A stretch of DNA of 63,096 nt, filler included, from Chiloscyllium plagiosum (GCF_004010195.1; 4 parts of one record of this genome joined end to end with filler, not necessarily neighbours in it); one strand, 5' to 3'; shown: positions 12,401 through 24,927, numbered from the whole stretch's first letter. The notes: generated by a model from the letters alone, not told the origin. Numbers and translations are program-made.

Positions 12401-13101
12401 TTGATTAAAATATCTGTCAATGTTAGTTTCCGCTGACATCAGCATTCCGGTAAACTGGTCGGATCAGTCCGAGAATGGGTCTTTTCTTCTCCACAATACT
12501 CAGGTTTTCACAGAATCTAGAATTGTACTAGAATTGCAGAAGGAAGCCATTCAACCCATTATGGCAATACCAGCTCTTCAAATGAGCATCATTTGCCAGC
12601 AACAACCTCTTCCCTTTTCCCCATGTCCCTGCATAGGGACTAGAGAAGGTTAAAAATCACACAACATCAGGTCATAGTCCAGCAAGTTTAATTGGAAGCA
12701 CTAGCTTTCAGAGCGTTGTTCCTTCATCAGGTGGTTGTGGATTATATTAGGTTAGGATATCTGGGCAGCATGGATGAGTTGGACCGAAGGGTCTGTTTCT
12801 GTGCTGAACATCTCTATGACTCTGTGGCATCCAATGTCCCACTTCAATGCCTCAATTCAACCTGTCTCCACCATAATCAGACTGTGCATTCTACACCCTA
12901 ACTGCTTACTGTGTGATAACCTCTCATTACCCTCACTTCGTTTGCACCTCTCTTTAAATCTACACCCCCTCACCCTTTGTTCTTTTACAAGCGGATTAGT
13001 TACTGAGGACAGGGTTCCCTGTTTGGAGAGTCCAGGACACAGTCACACTTCAGAATGAGGCATCAGCCATTTAAGATAGAAACAGGAATTACAGAGATGT
13101 T

Positions 13102-13891
13102 TGTTAAGGATATCTTTATATGTTGTATTTTGTGAGTTAACAAGGAGACATGGATTCTTAACATTTTGTGGGCTTGGTGTTGAAGTGTCTGGAAACATGT
13201 TGTTTATCTGCGTTTTAATTAGACTTTACAACCGTGACTCGAGTAGCTGGGGGTTAACAGGTTACTGCATTAAAGAATGGCAAAAGAAAATAAAATGTGC
13301 AGGGATCCAAGCCCATACCGAGAGACAGAACAATGCAGAAAGCAGTGAGTCTGTATAGGTGTGCTACAGACTGGAGGCTGAAGTATTAAACTCTCCAGTG
13401 AGAATCTGGCAAAGGAGCTGCTGGAAGTGGAGTTGGTGGAGTCTTGTATTTGCTCTGAATTAAATTAATTACTTTACAGTTTAATACCTCCGAGATACCA
13501 GCTAAAGGAAAATAACTCCTTGTGGCAGCACAGAAATTCACTGGAATGAAACTAATTACACTGTGCCAGCCGGAGTGTGGAGATGCTGATAAATCTTAGG
13601 TGAGGGTTGGCTGTAAAGATATTGTAGAGATAGAAGCAATAACAATGAATCTGAATTTTTTTTTGGTATTTGTAATGATATCTTTATAGCTGTTTTCTCC
13701 AGTGGAATATATTTCATGTTTCCATTTCCTCAATAAACATTTTTTCTTTGTGTTCAGAGTATAACAACAACCTCTTGTGAACGTGTTCAATAGCTGACCT
13801 CCATGGTTGAACAAAAAGTTAGGATAAAACTAACCGGGTTTCACTCTGGGAACTGACTTGACCAGGATTAACAGCAGCTGAAATTGTAACA
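13102..13891 (+). mobile_element. Candidate solo LTR
   Basis: TGTTA...TAACA termini and internal AATAAA near 13732, not homologous to the LINE/SINE families seen. No convincing TSD. Confidence 0.4.
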
Positions 13892-14389
13892 TCCCACTGT
13901 GGAAATGGAGGACATTTGATCCGTCACGTTTGGAACAGCTTTCCAACTGAGGATTTCATTGATTGTCACTCTCCTGCCTTCTGTCCTTAATTCCATGTTC
14001 CTTTTTACATAATAATCTCATTCCATTTTGAAAGCCTCGAGTGAACCAGACCCCACCACACTCTCAGACAGTCCAGTCCAGACCGTTACCACCTTCTTCA
14101 TGAAAAGGTTTCTCCTCGTGTCACGATTGCTTGAGAAATTGGCTTAAATCTAAGTTGGGTTGTTGTTTTGTTGACCCTTCCACCAATGATTTATCATTCC
14201 CAAAACCATTCATGTAATCGTCCTCTCTGACATGTTCACATCCTTTCTAAAGTGTGAAAATGAGGCTGAGCCAGTATTTCTCATCGGCTGATGTATTTTC
14301 TTGCCATGGTCAGCATGGGATTCAGTTTACTTGTAAAGCTCACATTGTTTTATTTCACAGCTCAACCTACAACTTGCAGTTACACAATT

Positions 14390-15290
14390 AAGACATATAA
14401 CCGAAGGAGGCCATTCAGCCCATCGAGTCTGTTGTACCATTCAATGAGATTACGGCTAATCTGATAATCCTCAATACTTTTCCCCATTACACTTGATTCT
14501 CTTCCTGATGAAAAATCTGTTTATCTCAATCTTGAATATACTCAACGTCCCAGCCTCGACAGCCCTCTGGTAAATAATTCCACAGATTCACTCCCCACTG
14601 AGAGAAAAGAAATCCTCATCTGTTTTAACCAGGTGACCTGCTATTCTGAAATTGTGCCCGCTACATAAGAACTCTGATTGTAGACTCTCCCACATGAGAA
14701 AATAAACTCCCCAAATGTTCTCTGTCCAGCCCCCTTAGACCTTATATGTTTCAATACAGTTACCTCTCATTCTCATAAACTCCAATGAATATAGGCCCAA
14801 CTGACTCATTCTTTCCTCATTAGACAGTCCCTCCACCAGCCAAGTGGACCTTCTCTAGATTGCATCCAATCATTTCTTAGGTAAGGGGTCCCAAACTGTT
14901 CCCAGTATTCCAGCTGCAGTCTGACTCGTGCCTTGGATTGTTTTAGCAAAATCTCCCTCTATTATACTCCATTCCCTTTGAAATAAAGAACAACATTCGA
15001 TTTACTTTCCCTATAATCTTCAGTGCCAACTCAGGAACTCCCTATTCTCTCTGTTCCATAGCTTTCTGCAGACTCTCTCCATTTAAGTAATATTCAGCTT
15101 CTCTTCTTCCTGCCAAAGTGCATAACCTCATATTTCCCCACATTATATTCTACCTCTAAGTTGGTGTGCACTCCTGAACCTATCTATATCCCTCTGTAGA
15201 CTCTTTGTTTCACCTTCATCACTTGCCTCCCAACTATTTTTGTGTCATTGGTAAATGTGGCTGCAGTGCATTTACTTCCCTCACCCAAGT
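14390..15290 (-). mobile_element. Decayed CR1-clade LINE 3' ~900 bp
   Basis: Reverse-complement 3' UTR (ggccattcagcccatcgag) and RT C-terminal motifs. Confidence 0.7.
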
Positions 15291-15304
15291 CATTTTTTTT
15301 GAAA

Positions 15305-16278
15305 GTTCACTCTTGGGCTGAGGTATGGCTCATTGGCCACCATTTATTACCCCGTCCCTAGTTGCCCCTTGAGAAAGTGTGGGTGAGCTGCCTTCTTGAA
15401 CCGCTGCAGTCCATGTGCTGTAGATAAACCCACAATGCCCTTGGGGAGGGAATTCCAGGGTTTTGACTGAAGGAACAGTGATATATTTCCAAGTTAGGAG
15501 CATAAATGCCTCGGAGGGGAACTGGAAGGGAGTGGTGTTCCCATGTATCTGCTGCCCTTGTCCTTCTAGATGTAAGTTGTCATGGGATTGAAAGGTGCTG
15601 TCTGAGGATCTTTGGTGAATATCTGCAGTGCATCTTGTAGATGGTACACACTGCTGCTACTGAGTGTCGGTGGTGGAGGGAGTTGATATTTGTGGATGTG
15701 CTGCCAATCAAGTGGGCTGCTTTGTCCTGGATGGTGTGCAGCTTCTTGAGCGTTGTTGGATCTGCACCCATCCAGGCAAGTTGGGAGTATTTCCATCACA
15801 TTTCAGACTCTTGCTGATGATGGACAGGCTCTGGGGAGTCAGGAGGTGAGTTATGTGCTGCAATATTCCTGCCCGCTGACCTGTCCTTGTAGGCACTGTG
15901 TTTTTTGGTCAATGATAACCCCTAGAATGTTGATAGTTAGGGATTCGGTAATGAAATGCGAAGGGGAGATGGTTGGAATCTCTCTTGCAAGTGATGGCCA
16001 TTCCCTGGCACTTGCGTGGTTCAATTGTGCTTGGTCCAAACCTGGATAGTGTCCAGATCTTATTGCATTTGGACATGGACTGCTTCAGTATCTGAGGAGT
16101 CGTGAATGGTGCTGAACATTGTGTAATCATCGGCGAACATCCCCACTGCTGACCTTATGATGGAGGGAAAGTTATTGATGAAGCAGCTGAAGATGGTTGG
16201 GCCTAGGACACTCCCCTGAGGAACTCCTGCAGAGATGTCCTGGAGGTGAGATGACTGACCTCCAACATTTGCGACCAT
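15305..16278 (-). mobile_element. CR1/L2-clade LINE 3' portion; related tail at about 57590-57890
   Basis: GVPQGSVLGPTIFSCFINN...GMFADD RT motifs and downstream ORF2 fragments. Confidence 0.8.
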
Positions 16279-17643
16279 GTTAAACTAAAACTAAATACTT
16301 GCATGTGCTGGAGATCTAAAACAAGCGAAAGCAGAAATTGCTGGAGAAGCTCAGCAGATCGAGGAGCATTTGTGAAGACAGTACAGAATTAACATTTGAG
16401 TCCATTAATCCTTCTGATCAGTTCCGAACGTTCCGGGGAAGGGTCACTCCACTGAAAACATTAACTCTGTTTCCCTCTGCACAGATGCTGTTAGATCTGC
16501 TGAGTTTCATCAGGAATTTCTGTTTTTGTTTCTACTCAACCATCTTCCTGTGTGTCAGATCTGACTCCACCCACTGGATAGGTTTACTCATGATTTCCAT
16601 TGGGCTCCAGTTTTGATAGGGCTCCTTTATATTTGGTCAAATGTGGCCTTCAAGAGCAGTCCTTGGGGTGGTGGGGAGGCGTGGTGAAGTCATATTGGCA
16701 TTGACTTGTCATCAGAAATGCACCAAAGCTCATTAGACATCAATATATATTGAAAATAATTGTGGGTCAAGCACTGATCCCTGTGATACTCCACTAGTTA
16801 CAGGTTGCCATCCTGAAAATGTATCCTTATCCTAACTATGTCTTCCATCAGTTAGCCAATCCTCTATTAATGCTAACATATAACCCCCCAATACCATGGA
16901 CTCTTACGAGTGGCTTAATGTGTTGCACTTTCTCAGATAACTGGAAGCTACTTGACTTGAAATTGCTTCTGCAGCACATAAATGTAACAGATTATTAAAG
17001 AAATCACATTGCTGCTTCTGGGGATTTTGCTGTGTGCCTATTAGTTCCTTATACTTCTTTTATTCCAACAGGGAACTCAGTTCAAAAGTACTTTGTTAGC
17101 TGGAAGCTGCTGTGCAGCATTGAAAATAGGAGCAGCAGGTAGACCATTTGGCCCTTCGAGCCTGCTCCTCCCTTCAATACAATCATGGCTGACCATCTGA
17201 CTCAGTCCCGTTCCCAATTTCCCCCCATATCCTTTGATCCCTTTGGCGCCAATAACTGCATCTAACTCCTTCCTGAAAACATTCAATGTTTTGGCCTCAA
17301 CCACTTCCTGTGGCAGAGAGTTCCACAGGCTCCCCAATATTTCCCCCCATCTCAGGGACTTCTTAGGGCTGCAAACACCATGATTACACATTTTTCTGTT
17401 TATTTCATTCCTCAGAATAAACAAATCTCTTCTTTTGTTAAAGGGATGTGGGTGCCATTAGCTGGGTCAGTATTTATTACCCACTCCTAATTGATCCAGA
17501 GGAGGTTGATTGGGGAAAATAGACTAAGGCCACATTAGGGACAATCATTTGTGGGGTATTTACAGAGTTCGTATTAACTGTATAAATTAAAGATGAGAAT
17601 ACAGGGGCTAATATGCCAAGACTTTGATCTGGAAATAACAGCG

Positions 17644-17649
17644 TTTATT
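17644..17649 (-). promoter_or_regulatory. Candidate polyadenylation signal of the LRR gene
   Basis: TTTATT on plus (AATAAA on minus), about 530 nt downstream of the LRR stop. Confidence 0.55.
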
Positions 17650-18177
17650 AAAATAATGCAGTGTACTCATAAATAGTCAAATTCAGTTGCTTCCTTTTAA
17701 TAGTCATTATTATTGAAAAGACAAGTGTGTTTCTGAGCTTCTTGCTTTGTCCTCATCAGGACCAGTGCAAGAATACCAAATTTCAAACCATCACAACAAT
17801 TTACACTGCAGGACGAAAAGCTGCTGATTGGTTGACAAGTTGGCTCTGATTGGGTCAGACCTTGCTGTGGAGGAAACTCCTATTTGATTCGATCAGCCAA
17901 TGACCGACAGTCTATGGCGTGTGACCCTGACATCATGTGGGGACCTTGCTCCCATGTGACCAGATAGCTACATCCTATTGGTGGAAATACTCTTCGTGGG
18001 GCTTCAGCATACAGCAATGTGAAACAGCTGCTCAGCATGTAGCTCCAGTTTTGAAAATGTTTCTCTTTTTAGCAATACCCAAGTTCTCACACTGCCAAGA
18101 GGCTTTTGTGTAAATCAGCAGATATTTTAATATGTAAAACTGAAAGGGGATTCTTTTCAAAATCATTTTCAAGCTGA

Positions 18178-19398
18178 TTAACATTGTGTCTTTGTACAGT
18201 CGATGTTGGTGGGTTGTCCTCCTGAGCCCTTGGCTGTGCAGATTGGATTGTTCCTCAGGAGCACAGAGGACACATTTGCAAACTCTCTGACGTCCCATTG
18301 CCCGATGAGGTTGTCAGTGGCCTGAAGGCAGTTCAGCTTTACCAGGTTATCAGCAAATCCCTTTGGAAAACCCTGCAGGCTGTTAAAGGAAAGGGCCAAC
18401 TCTTCTAACTGTGAAAGTCCATCAAATACCGGCAGGTGCCTTAGGTTATTGTTATCTAAATACAGATAAAGGAGTTTCGGGTTATATTTGAATGTGTCAG
18501 CTGCCAGGGTGTCAATGAAATTGTCAGACAGTTTTAACAGTTGCAGCTCGCTGAGATTGGAAAGGAAGTTCAGTGGAAGAAATGTTAATAAGTTGCTGGA
18601 CAGGTCGAGCTTCAATAGTTTTGTTAAGTTAGCGATCAGCTCAGGTGGAAAATTCCTGATGACATTTCCCGAGATGGTCAGATCCTGGAGATGATGCGGC
18701 TCGGAGAATAGAGTTGCTATGAGGTTTGTGAACTGGTTGTGGTCTAATCGCAGGTCGGTCAGTTTGTGATGGTGACTGAGGAACTGGGGAGGTAGGAAGC
18801 TAAGTTCGTTGTTTGACAAGTCAAGGACTTTGAGGAGAAGCAGTTGACTAAAACCTGTCTCTGGGAGTGTCTTGAGTTGGTTATTCTTAAGATACAGCGT
18901 GTCGAGTTGAGGAAAATGTTCAAATGTTTCTCGGAGCACTGTGAGGTTATTGTTGGACAGATCCAGGTAGGTCAGTTTAGTAAGTGACTTCTCTAGGTGA
19001 ATGCTGCGTAAGTTATTGTTGGCTAGATTTAACCAAGTGAGATTGGAGAGGTTTTCAAATAGATCTGCTGGGAGTTCTGATAGGTGGTTTGCAGATAGAT
19101 CCAGAGCCTGCAGTCTTGGCAGAGGATCAAAGATGTCATTCTGAAGGACGAGACGGTTACCAGATAAACCGAGATAGTTCAGCTGTCCCAAGTTGCTGAA
19201 GGAATTGAGAGGGATTCCAGTCAGAGAGTTACCATCCAGGAATAATGTCTGTGTGCTGGGATTGATGTCCACTGGGATGCTCTGCAGGGCAGTGCCTCGA
19301 CAGTCGACAAGTTTTAAATGGCAAAAACATTTCTCCGGACAGGCAGAGAGAGCCCCAGCCCCAATGAGAACAACCAGCAACTCTAGGATTCTCCTCAT
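18178..19398 (-). CDS. Secreted leucine-rich-repeat protein, 406 aa, single coding exon (LRRNT + 14 LRR + short Cys C-cap; CPN2/GP5/LRG1/VLR-like architecture)
   Basis: Uninterrupted ORF. ATG in Kozak context GCACCATG, 5 nt after acceptor ttcacctctccgctgtAG. Signal peptide MRRILELLVVLIGAGALS, LRRNT ACPEKCFC..VDC, 20-24-aa LxxLxLxxN repeats, ends NNPICTAKGSGGQPTNIDCTKTQC. No TM or GPI hydrophobic tail. Confidence 0.92.
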   Translation of the reverse strand: MRRILELLVVLIGAGALSACPEKCFCHLKLVDCRGTALQSIPVDINPSTQTLFLDGNSLTGIPLNSFSNLGQLNYLGLSGNRLVLQNDIFDPLPRLQALDLSANHLSELPADLFENLSNLTWLNLANNNLRSIHLEKSLTKLTYLDLSNNNLTVLRETFEHFPQLDTLYLKNNQLKTLPETGFSQLLLLKVLDLSNNELSFLPPQFLSHHHKLTDLRLDHNQFTNLIATLFSEPHHLQDLTISGNVIRNFPPELIANLTKLLKLDLSSNLLTFLPLNFLSNLSELQLLKLSDNFIDTLAADTFKYNPKLLYLYLDNNNLRHLPVFDGLSQLEELALSFNSLQGFPKGFADNLVKLNCLQATDNLIGQWDVREFANVSSVLLRNNPICTAKGSGGQPTNIDCTKTQC

Positions 19399-19403
19399 GG
19401 TGC

Positions 19404-19425
19404 CTACAGCGGAGAGGTGAAGCTC
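19404..19425 (-). promoter_or_regulatory. Splice acceptor preceding the LRR coding exon (implies an upstream non-coding exon)
   Basis: Minus strand gagcttcacctctccgctgtAG|GCACCATG. Confidence 0.7.
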
Positions 19426-20889
19426 AGTTATTGCCAGGCAGCTTTCAGGAAACATGTGATGGCATTTAATTTTCACCCATATCTTACAAAAGCAAAAACT
19501 GCAGATGTTGGAAATCTGAAATAAAACAACAATTGCTGGAGAAACTCAGCAGGTCTGGCAGCACCTGAGAGAGGAGAGAAACAGAATTAATATTTCATTT
19601 CAGAATTAATATTCCACCCCATATCTCATTAGTTTTGTGGTTGCATCCTCGTAAAGTCCCAGTTGGATGGAAATTATCCTTCAGTGCTTAACCCATTCAG
19701 ACAAAGCAAAACAAAATTCAAACACCTGCATTCATATCGAGCCTTACACAGCCTCAAGACGTTCCAAGACATTTCACACCAATGATGTGTCACTGTAGCT
19801 GTGACATTGGATAGATGGCAGCTAATTTACACACAGCAAGCTCCCATCAATGGCACAGTGCTCAATGAATAGATAATCCGTTCTGGGTCATCCTGGTTCA
19901 GGGATAAACATTGGCCATAGGACATTGGAGTTGTCCTCCACAAAGATTTCACATTTACTGATGGCATGGAATTCTGCTATGGATTTAACAAACTACATGA
20001 AAGAACCATTTCCCCAAGATGGAATTACACTCCTAGTAGTGAAAGTGAAGAAATCATTATGGCACTGTTCTACATGTGTCATAGGGTCATAGCGGTTTAC
20101 AGCATGGGGAAACAGGCCCTTTGGCCCAACTTGTCCATGTCGCCAGTTTGCACATTGATTAGATTAGATTACCCACAGATTAGATTAGATTACCTACAGT
20201 GTGGAAACAGGCCCTTCGACCCAACAAGTCCACACCGACCCAAACCGGAGCACCCGGAGGAAACCCACGCAGACACGGGGAGAACGTGCAAACTCCACAC
20301 AGACAGTCGCCTGAGGTGGGAATTGAACCCGGGTCCCTGGCACTGTGAGGCAGCGGTGCTAACCACTGAGCCACCATGCCGGCCCCATCTAGTCCCATTT
20401 GCCTGCGTTTGGTCCACATCCCTACACACCTACCCGTCCATGGATCTGTTCAAATGTTTCTCAGTGACCTCCATCACTACCTCCGGCAGCCTGTTCCAGA
20501 TACGCACCACCCTCTGTGTGAAAAAAATGTCCCTTTGGACTCTTTTGTACCTCTTTCCTCTCATCTTAAACCTATGCCCTGTAGTTTTAGACTCCCCAAA
20601 CATGGGGAAAACCTGTTGGCTATCTACCTTATTGATGCCTGTCAGAATTTTATAGACCTCTGTAAGGTCTCCTATGGTCCAGGGAAAAAAGAAATCCCAG
20701 TCTATTCAGCTTCTCCTTATAACTCAGACCTTCCAGTCCAGGTAACATCCTCATAAATCATCTCTGCAGTGTTTCTAGTTTGATATTATCCTTACACAGT
20801 AGAACGTGCAGAACTGCACGCAGTATGTTAAATGTGGCCTCACTGGTGTCTTGTCCAGCTGCAATAAGACGTCCCAACTCCTAGACTCA

Positions 20890-21102
20890 TTGTTGTGGTT
20901 CTGTTCGCCGAGCTGGGAATTTGTGTTGCAGACGTTTCGTCCCCTGTCTAGGTGACATCCTCAGTGCTTGGGAGCCTCCTGTGAAGCTTCAGAGGATGTC
21001 ACCTAGACAGGGGACGAAACGTCTGCAACACAAATTCCCAGCTCGACGAATAAAACCACAACAACGAGCACCCAAGCTACAAATCTTCTCACAAACTTTG
21101 AA
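20890..21102. mobile_element. Palindromic Penelope-derived mini-element (family C) with 10-bp TSD
   Basis: CCTAGACTCA at 20880-20889 and 21103-21112. Inverted arms about 75 bp, matching the tail after the GIY-YIG fragment at 55914-56255. Confidence 0.85.
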
Positions 21103-21658
21103 CCTAGACTCAATGCTGTAACCGATGAAAGCAATGTTACCTTCAGCACCCTGTCCAACTCCTGTCTTTCAATTTTCAAGGCGCTATGAACCAATACACC
21201 TTGATTCCTTTGTTCTATAACTCTCCCAGGGCTCTACCACTGATTCCTGATGAAGGGCTTATGCCTGAAACATTGATTCTCCTGCTCCTCGGATACTGCC
21301 TGACCTGCTCTGCTTTTCCAGCACCGCACTCTGAACCACTCTGAATGCAACACCTTGCATTTTTCCAAATTAAACTCCATCTGCCATTCCCTGACTAATT
21401 GACCCAGTTGATCAAGATCCCTTTGCAATTTTAAATAACCTTCTTCACTTTCCACTATACCACCAATCTTGTTGTCATCTACAACCTTACTAACCATCCC
21501 TCCTAAATTCTCATCCAAATCATTTATATAAGTGATGAATGACAGTGAACCCAGCACCAATTCCTGTGACACACTGCTGGTCACAGGCCTCCCATCTGAA
21601 AAACAACCCTCTACCACCACCTTCAGCTTTCTCCTTTCAAGGTCATAAGTCACACTGG

Positions 21659-21696
21659 TCACCTGATGAAGGAGCAGCGCTCTGAAAGCTTGTGAT
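21659..21696 (+). ncRNA. Minimal hammerhead ribozyme-like motif (family B)
   Basis: TCAC-CTGATGA-A-GGAGC(AGC)GCTCT-GAA-AGCT-T-GTGA: catalytic boxes, stem II, palindromic AGCT and stem I TCAC/GTGA. Confidence 0.6.
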
Positions 21697-24189
21697 TTTA
21701 AATAGCATGGTTTCATATGACTTCTGACCTTGTCCACCCCAGTCCAACACTGGCACCTCCCCATCATGTTATCCTTTCAAGCCAATTTTGTATCTAATTG
21801 GCTAGCTCTCTCTGAAGCCCATGAGATTTAATTTTACTCAACAACCCACCATGCGGTACCTTGTCAAAGGCCTTGCTACAGTCCATGTCTACCACACTGC
21901 CCTCATCTGCTTTCTTGGTCACCCCTTCAAAAAACTCAATCAAATTCACAAAGCCATGCTGACTATCCCAAATAGTCCTTGCCTCTTCAAATGCGTGTCA
22001 ATCCTATCTCTCAGAATCCTCTCTAACAACTTACCCACCACAAACTGTAGGCTCACTGGTCTGCAGTTCCCATGCATTTCCCTGCAGCCTTTCTTAAATA
22101 GTGGCACAACTTTTTCCACCCTCTAACCTTCGGGCACTTCACCCATGGCTTTCGATGATACAAATATCTCCTCTAGGGGTCCCACAATTCCCTCCCTAGC
22201 TTCCCACCAAGTCCTGGGATACACTTCATTAGATTCCTGTGGATTGATCTACCATAATGAGTTTTAAAGACTTTCAGCACCTCCTTCTCTGGAATATGGA
22301 CTCTCTTCAAGACAACACCATTTATTTCCCCAAGGTCCCCAGTATCCATACCTTTCATGATGGTAAATACTGACAAGAAATATTCATTTAGGATCTCACC
22401 TAGAACACTCCGCACGTAGATGACCTTGTTGATCTTTAAGGGGCCCTATTCTCTCCTTAGTTACTCTTTTGCTCTTCATGCATTTGTAGAATTCCTTTGG
22501 ATTTTCCTTTACCCTATCTTCAAAGCCATCTTGTGTCCCCTTTTAGCCCTTCTGAGTTCTCTCTGAAGTGTACTTCAAAACCCTGTATACTTCTCAAGGG
22601 ATTCACTTGATCCCAGCTGTCTCTACCTGACATATGTCTCCTTCTTTTTCTTGACCAGGGCCTCCACACCTCTAGTCCTTCAGTGTTCCCTACTCCTGCC
22701 TGCCTTACCCTTCACTCTAACAGGAATGTGTTGGCTTTGAACCCTCATTAACTCACTTTTGAATGCCTCCCACTTCCCATAAGTCCCTTTGCCTGCAAAC
22801 AGCCTCCCCCAGTCAACTTCTGAAAGTTCCTCTCTAAGACCATCAAAATTGGCTTTGCCTCAATTTAGAACTTTAACTTGTGGACTAGACCTATCCTTTT
22901 CCATAGCTACTTTAAAACTATAGGAATTATGGTCACTGGTCCCAAAGTGCTCCCTTACTAACACATCAGTCACTTGCCCTGCCTTATTTATCAAGAGGAG
23001 GTCAGGTTTTGCCCCTTCTATAGTAGGACCATCTACATGTTGTATCAGAAATTCTTCCTGAACACACTCAACAAATTTATCCCCATCCAAGCCCTTAACA
23101 CTACACCAGTCCCAGTCTGTGTTTGGAAAGCTAAAATCCCCTACTATTGCAGCTGTATTATTCTTGCAGCTCTCTGTGATCTCCCGAACAATTTGCTCCT
23201 CAATCTCCTGCTGACAACTGGGGGGCCTAAAGTACAATGCTATCAGTGATTTCTTCCTTCTTATTTTTCAGTTCCACCCATATCGACTCAGTGAATGTAC
23301 CCTGAAGAATATTCTCTTTCAGTATTGCTATGATGTTCTCCTGAATCAAAAACACCATTCTCCCTCCTCTCTTGCCTCTCCTCTATCCTTCCAATAGCAT
23401 CTATCTATACCCTGGAATATTGAGCTACCAGTCCTGTCACTCTCTCAGCCATGTCTCTGTAATAGCTATGATATCCCAGTCCCATACTCCTGTTCATTAC
23501 CTGTCAGGCTTCTTGCATTGAAATAAATGCAGTGTAACTCAGACTTCCCATGCTTCCTGTCTAGTACTAGGATTACCAGCACTACCTTTAGTATTTAACT
23601 TGCTCTGCTATCCTCAAGCTCCTCTTTCGTCTCCACTTTAGATCTTCCCACCCCCCCAGCCTCCTCCCCAGATTAGTTCAACCCTGGGGATTGACTCTAT
23701 CAAATGTCCCCACCAGGACATTGGTTCCCCTCCAGTTTAGGAGAAACCCATCCCTCTTGTACAGGTCACCTCTACCCCAGAAGAGATCCCAAGGATCCAA
23801 GAATCTGAAGCCCTGCCCCCTGCGCCAGCTCTCAATCCACGTGTTCATCTGCCAAATCCTCCTATTCTTACCCTCACTAACATGTGGTACTGGAAGTAGT
23901 CCAGAAATTACTTTCTTTGATGTCCTGCATTTTGACCTTCTGCCTAACTCCCTATAATCACGCTTCAGGACCTTATCCCTTTTCCTACCAATGTGTACAA
24001 CAATCTCTGACTGCTCACCAGAATACCAAGCAACCGCTCAGAGATGTCCTTGACCCTGGCACCAGGGGAGGCAACACACCATCCTGGACTATCCAACATA
24101 GCCACAGGAAAGCCTGTCCTTGCTCCAACTAGTGAGTCTCCGGGCATTGGTCTCTTGGATCTTGCCCGACCCCACTCTATGGCAGAGCC

Positions 24190-24551
24190 GGGAGTTTGTG
24201 GCAGCAGACGGGATTTAAGGATGGTGTGTTGCTTTCTTGGTGCTAGAGTGAAAGACATCGCGGACAGAGTGCAGGAAATCCTCAAGGATGAGGGTGAAGA
24301 GCCAGAGGTGGTGGTACATGTCGGCACAAATGATGTCGGGAAGAAGAGGAGGAACATACTATAGCGTTCGGAGAACTAGAAAGAAGGCTGAAAAGCAGGA
24401 CGTCCAAGGTGGTTATCTCCGGTTTGCTTCCAGTTCCTCGGGCTAGTGTGGCCAGAAACAGGGAGATAATGGACTTGAACGTGTGGCTGGGGAACTGGTG
24501 CAGGAAGCAAGGATTTAAGTTCTTGGATCACTGGGATATATTTTGTGGTAA
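24190..24551 (+). mobile_element. CR1 ORF1 fragment (SGNH/GDSL esterase-like) from a different, less decayed subfamily
   Basis: MVCCFLGARVKDI...EPEVVVHVGTNDVG and VISGLLPVP...FLDHWD motifs. Runs into a gap. Confidence 0.8.
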
Positions 24552-24651
24552 NNNNNNNNNNNNNNNNNNNNNNNNNNNNNNNNNNNNNNNNNNNNTTAAT
24601 TAATTAANNNNNNNNNNNNNNNNNNNNNNNNNNNNNNNNNNNNNNNNNNNN
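24552..24651. other. Assembly gap with artificial linker (N44-TTAATTAATTAA-N44); same at 37934-38033 and 55814-55913
   Basis: Identical 100-nt spacer three times. Confidence 0.95.
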
Positions 24652-24927
24652 ACAGTGTGGAAACAGGCCCTTCAGCCCAACAAGTCCACACCGACCCTCC
24701 GAAGAACAACTCACCCAGACCCATTCCCCTACATTAACACTACGGGCAATGTAGCATGGCCAATTCACCTGGACTACGGGAGGAAACCATAGTACCTGGA
24801 GCAAACCCATGCAGAAACAGGGACAATGTGCAAACTCCACACAGACAGTTGCCCGAGGCGGGAATTGAACCCTGGTCCCTGGCGCTGTGAGGTAGCAGTG
24901 CTAACCACTGAGCCATGATGCCACCCT
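24652..24927 (-). mobile_element. HE1-type SINE
   Basis: Same head and tail as 6022-6314. Confidence 0.85.

Larger units (their letters stand above)
20080..24190 (-). mobile_element. Near-full-length decayed CR1 LINE (ORF1 esterase, APE endonuclease, RT) with nested HE1 SINE and Penelope-derived inserts
   Basis: ORF1 PGARVKDISERL; EN YFRPP...IVGDFSFP...GTSDHN (22860-23237); RT YINDLDE...VDDNKIGG (21234-21767). HE1 SINE at about 20156-20385. Confidence 0.85.

Noticed and set aside
19399..19476. N-terminal 26-aa extension of the LRR ORF in the track (MKIKCHHMFP...)
   Set aside because: It lies upstream of a good splice acceptor. The downstream ATG has Kozak context and starts a signal peptide, so the extension is probably intronic.
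19966..20655. 229-aa ORF and similar 100-230-aa ORFs (34117, 44297, 49102, 53540)
   Set aside because: Chance read-through of antisense SINE/LINE sequence, palindromes or N runs; no coherent domain.
24596..24607. TTAATTAATTAA palindrome repeated three times
   Set aside because: Always centred in N44 flanks; a scaffolding linker, not biological.
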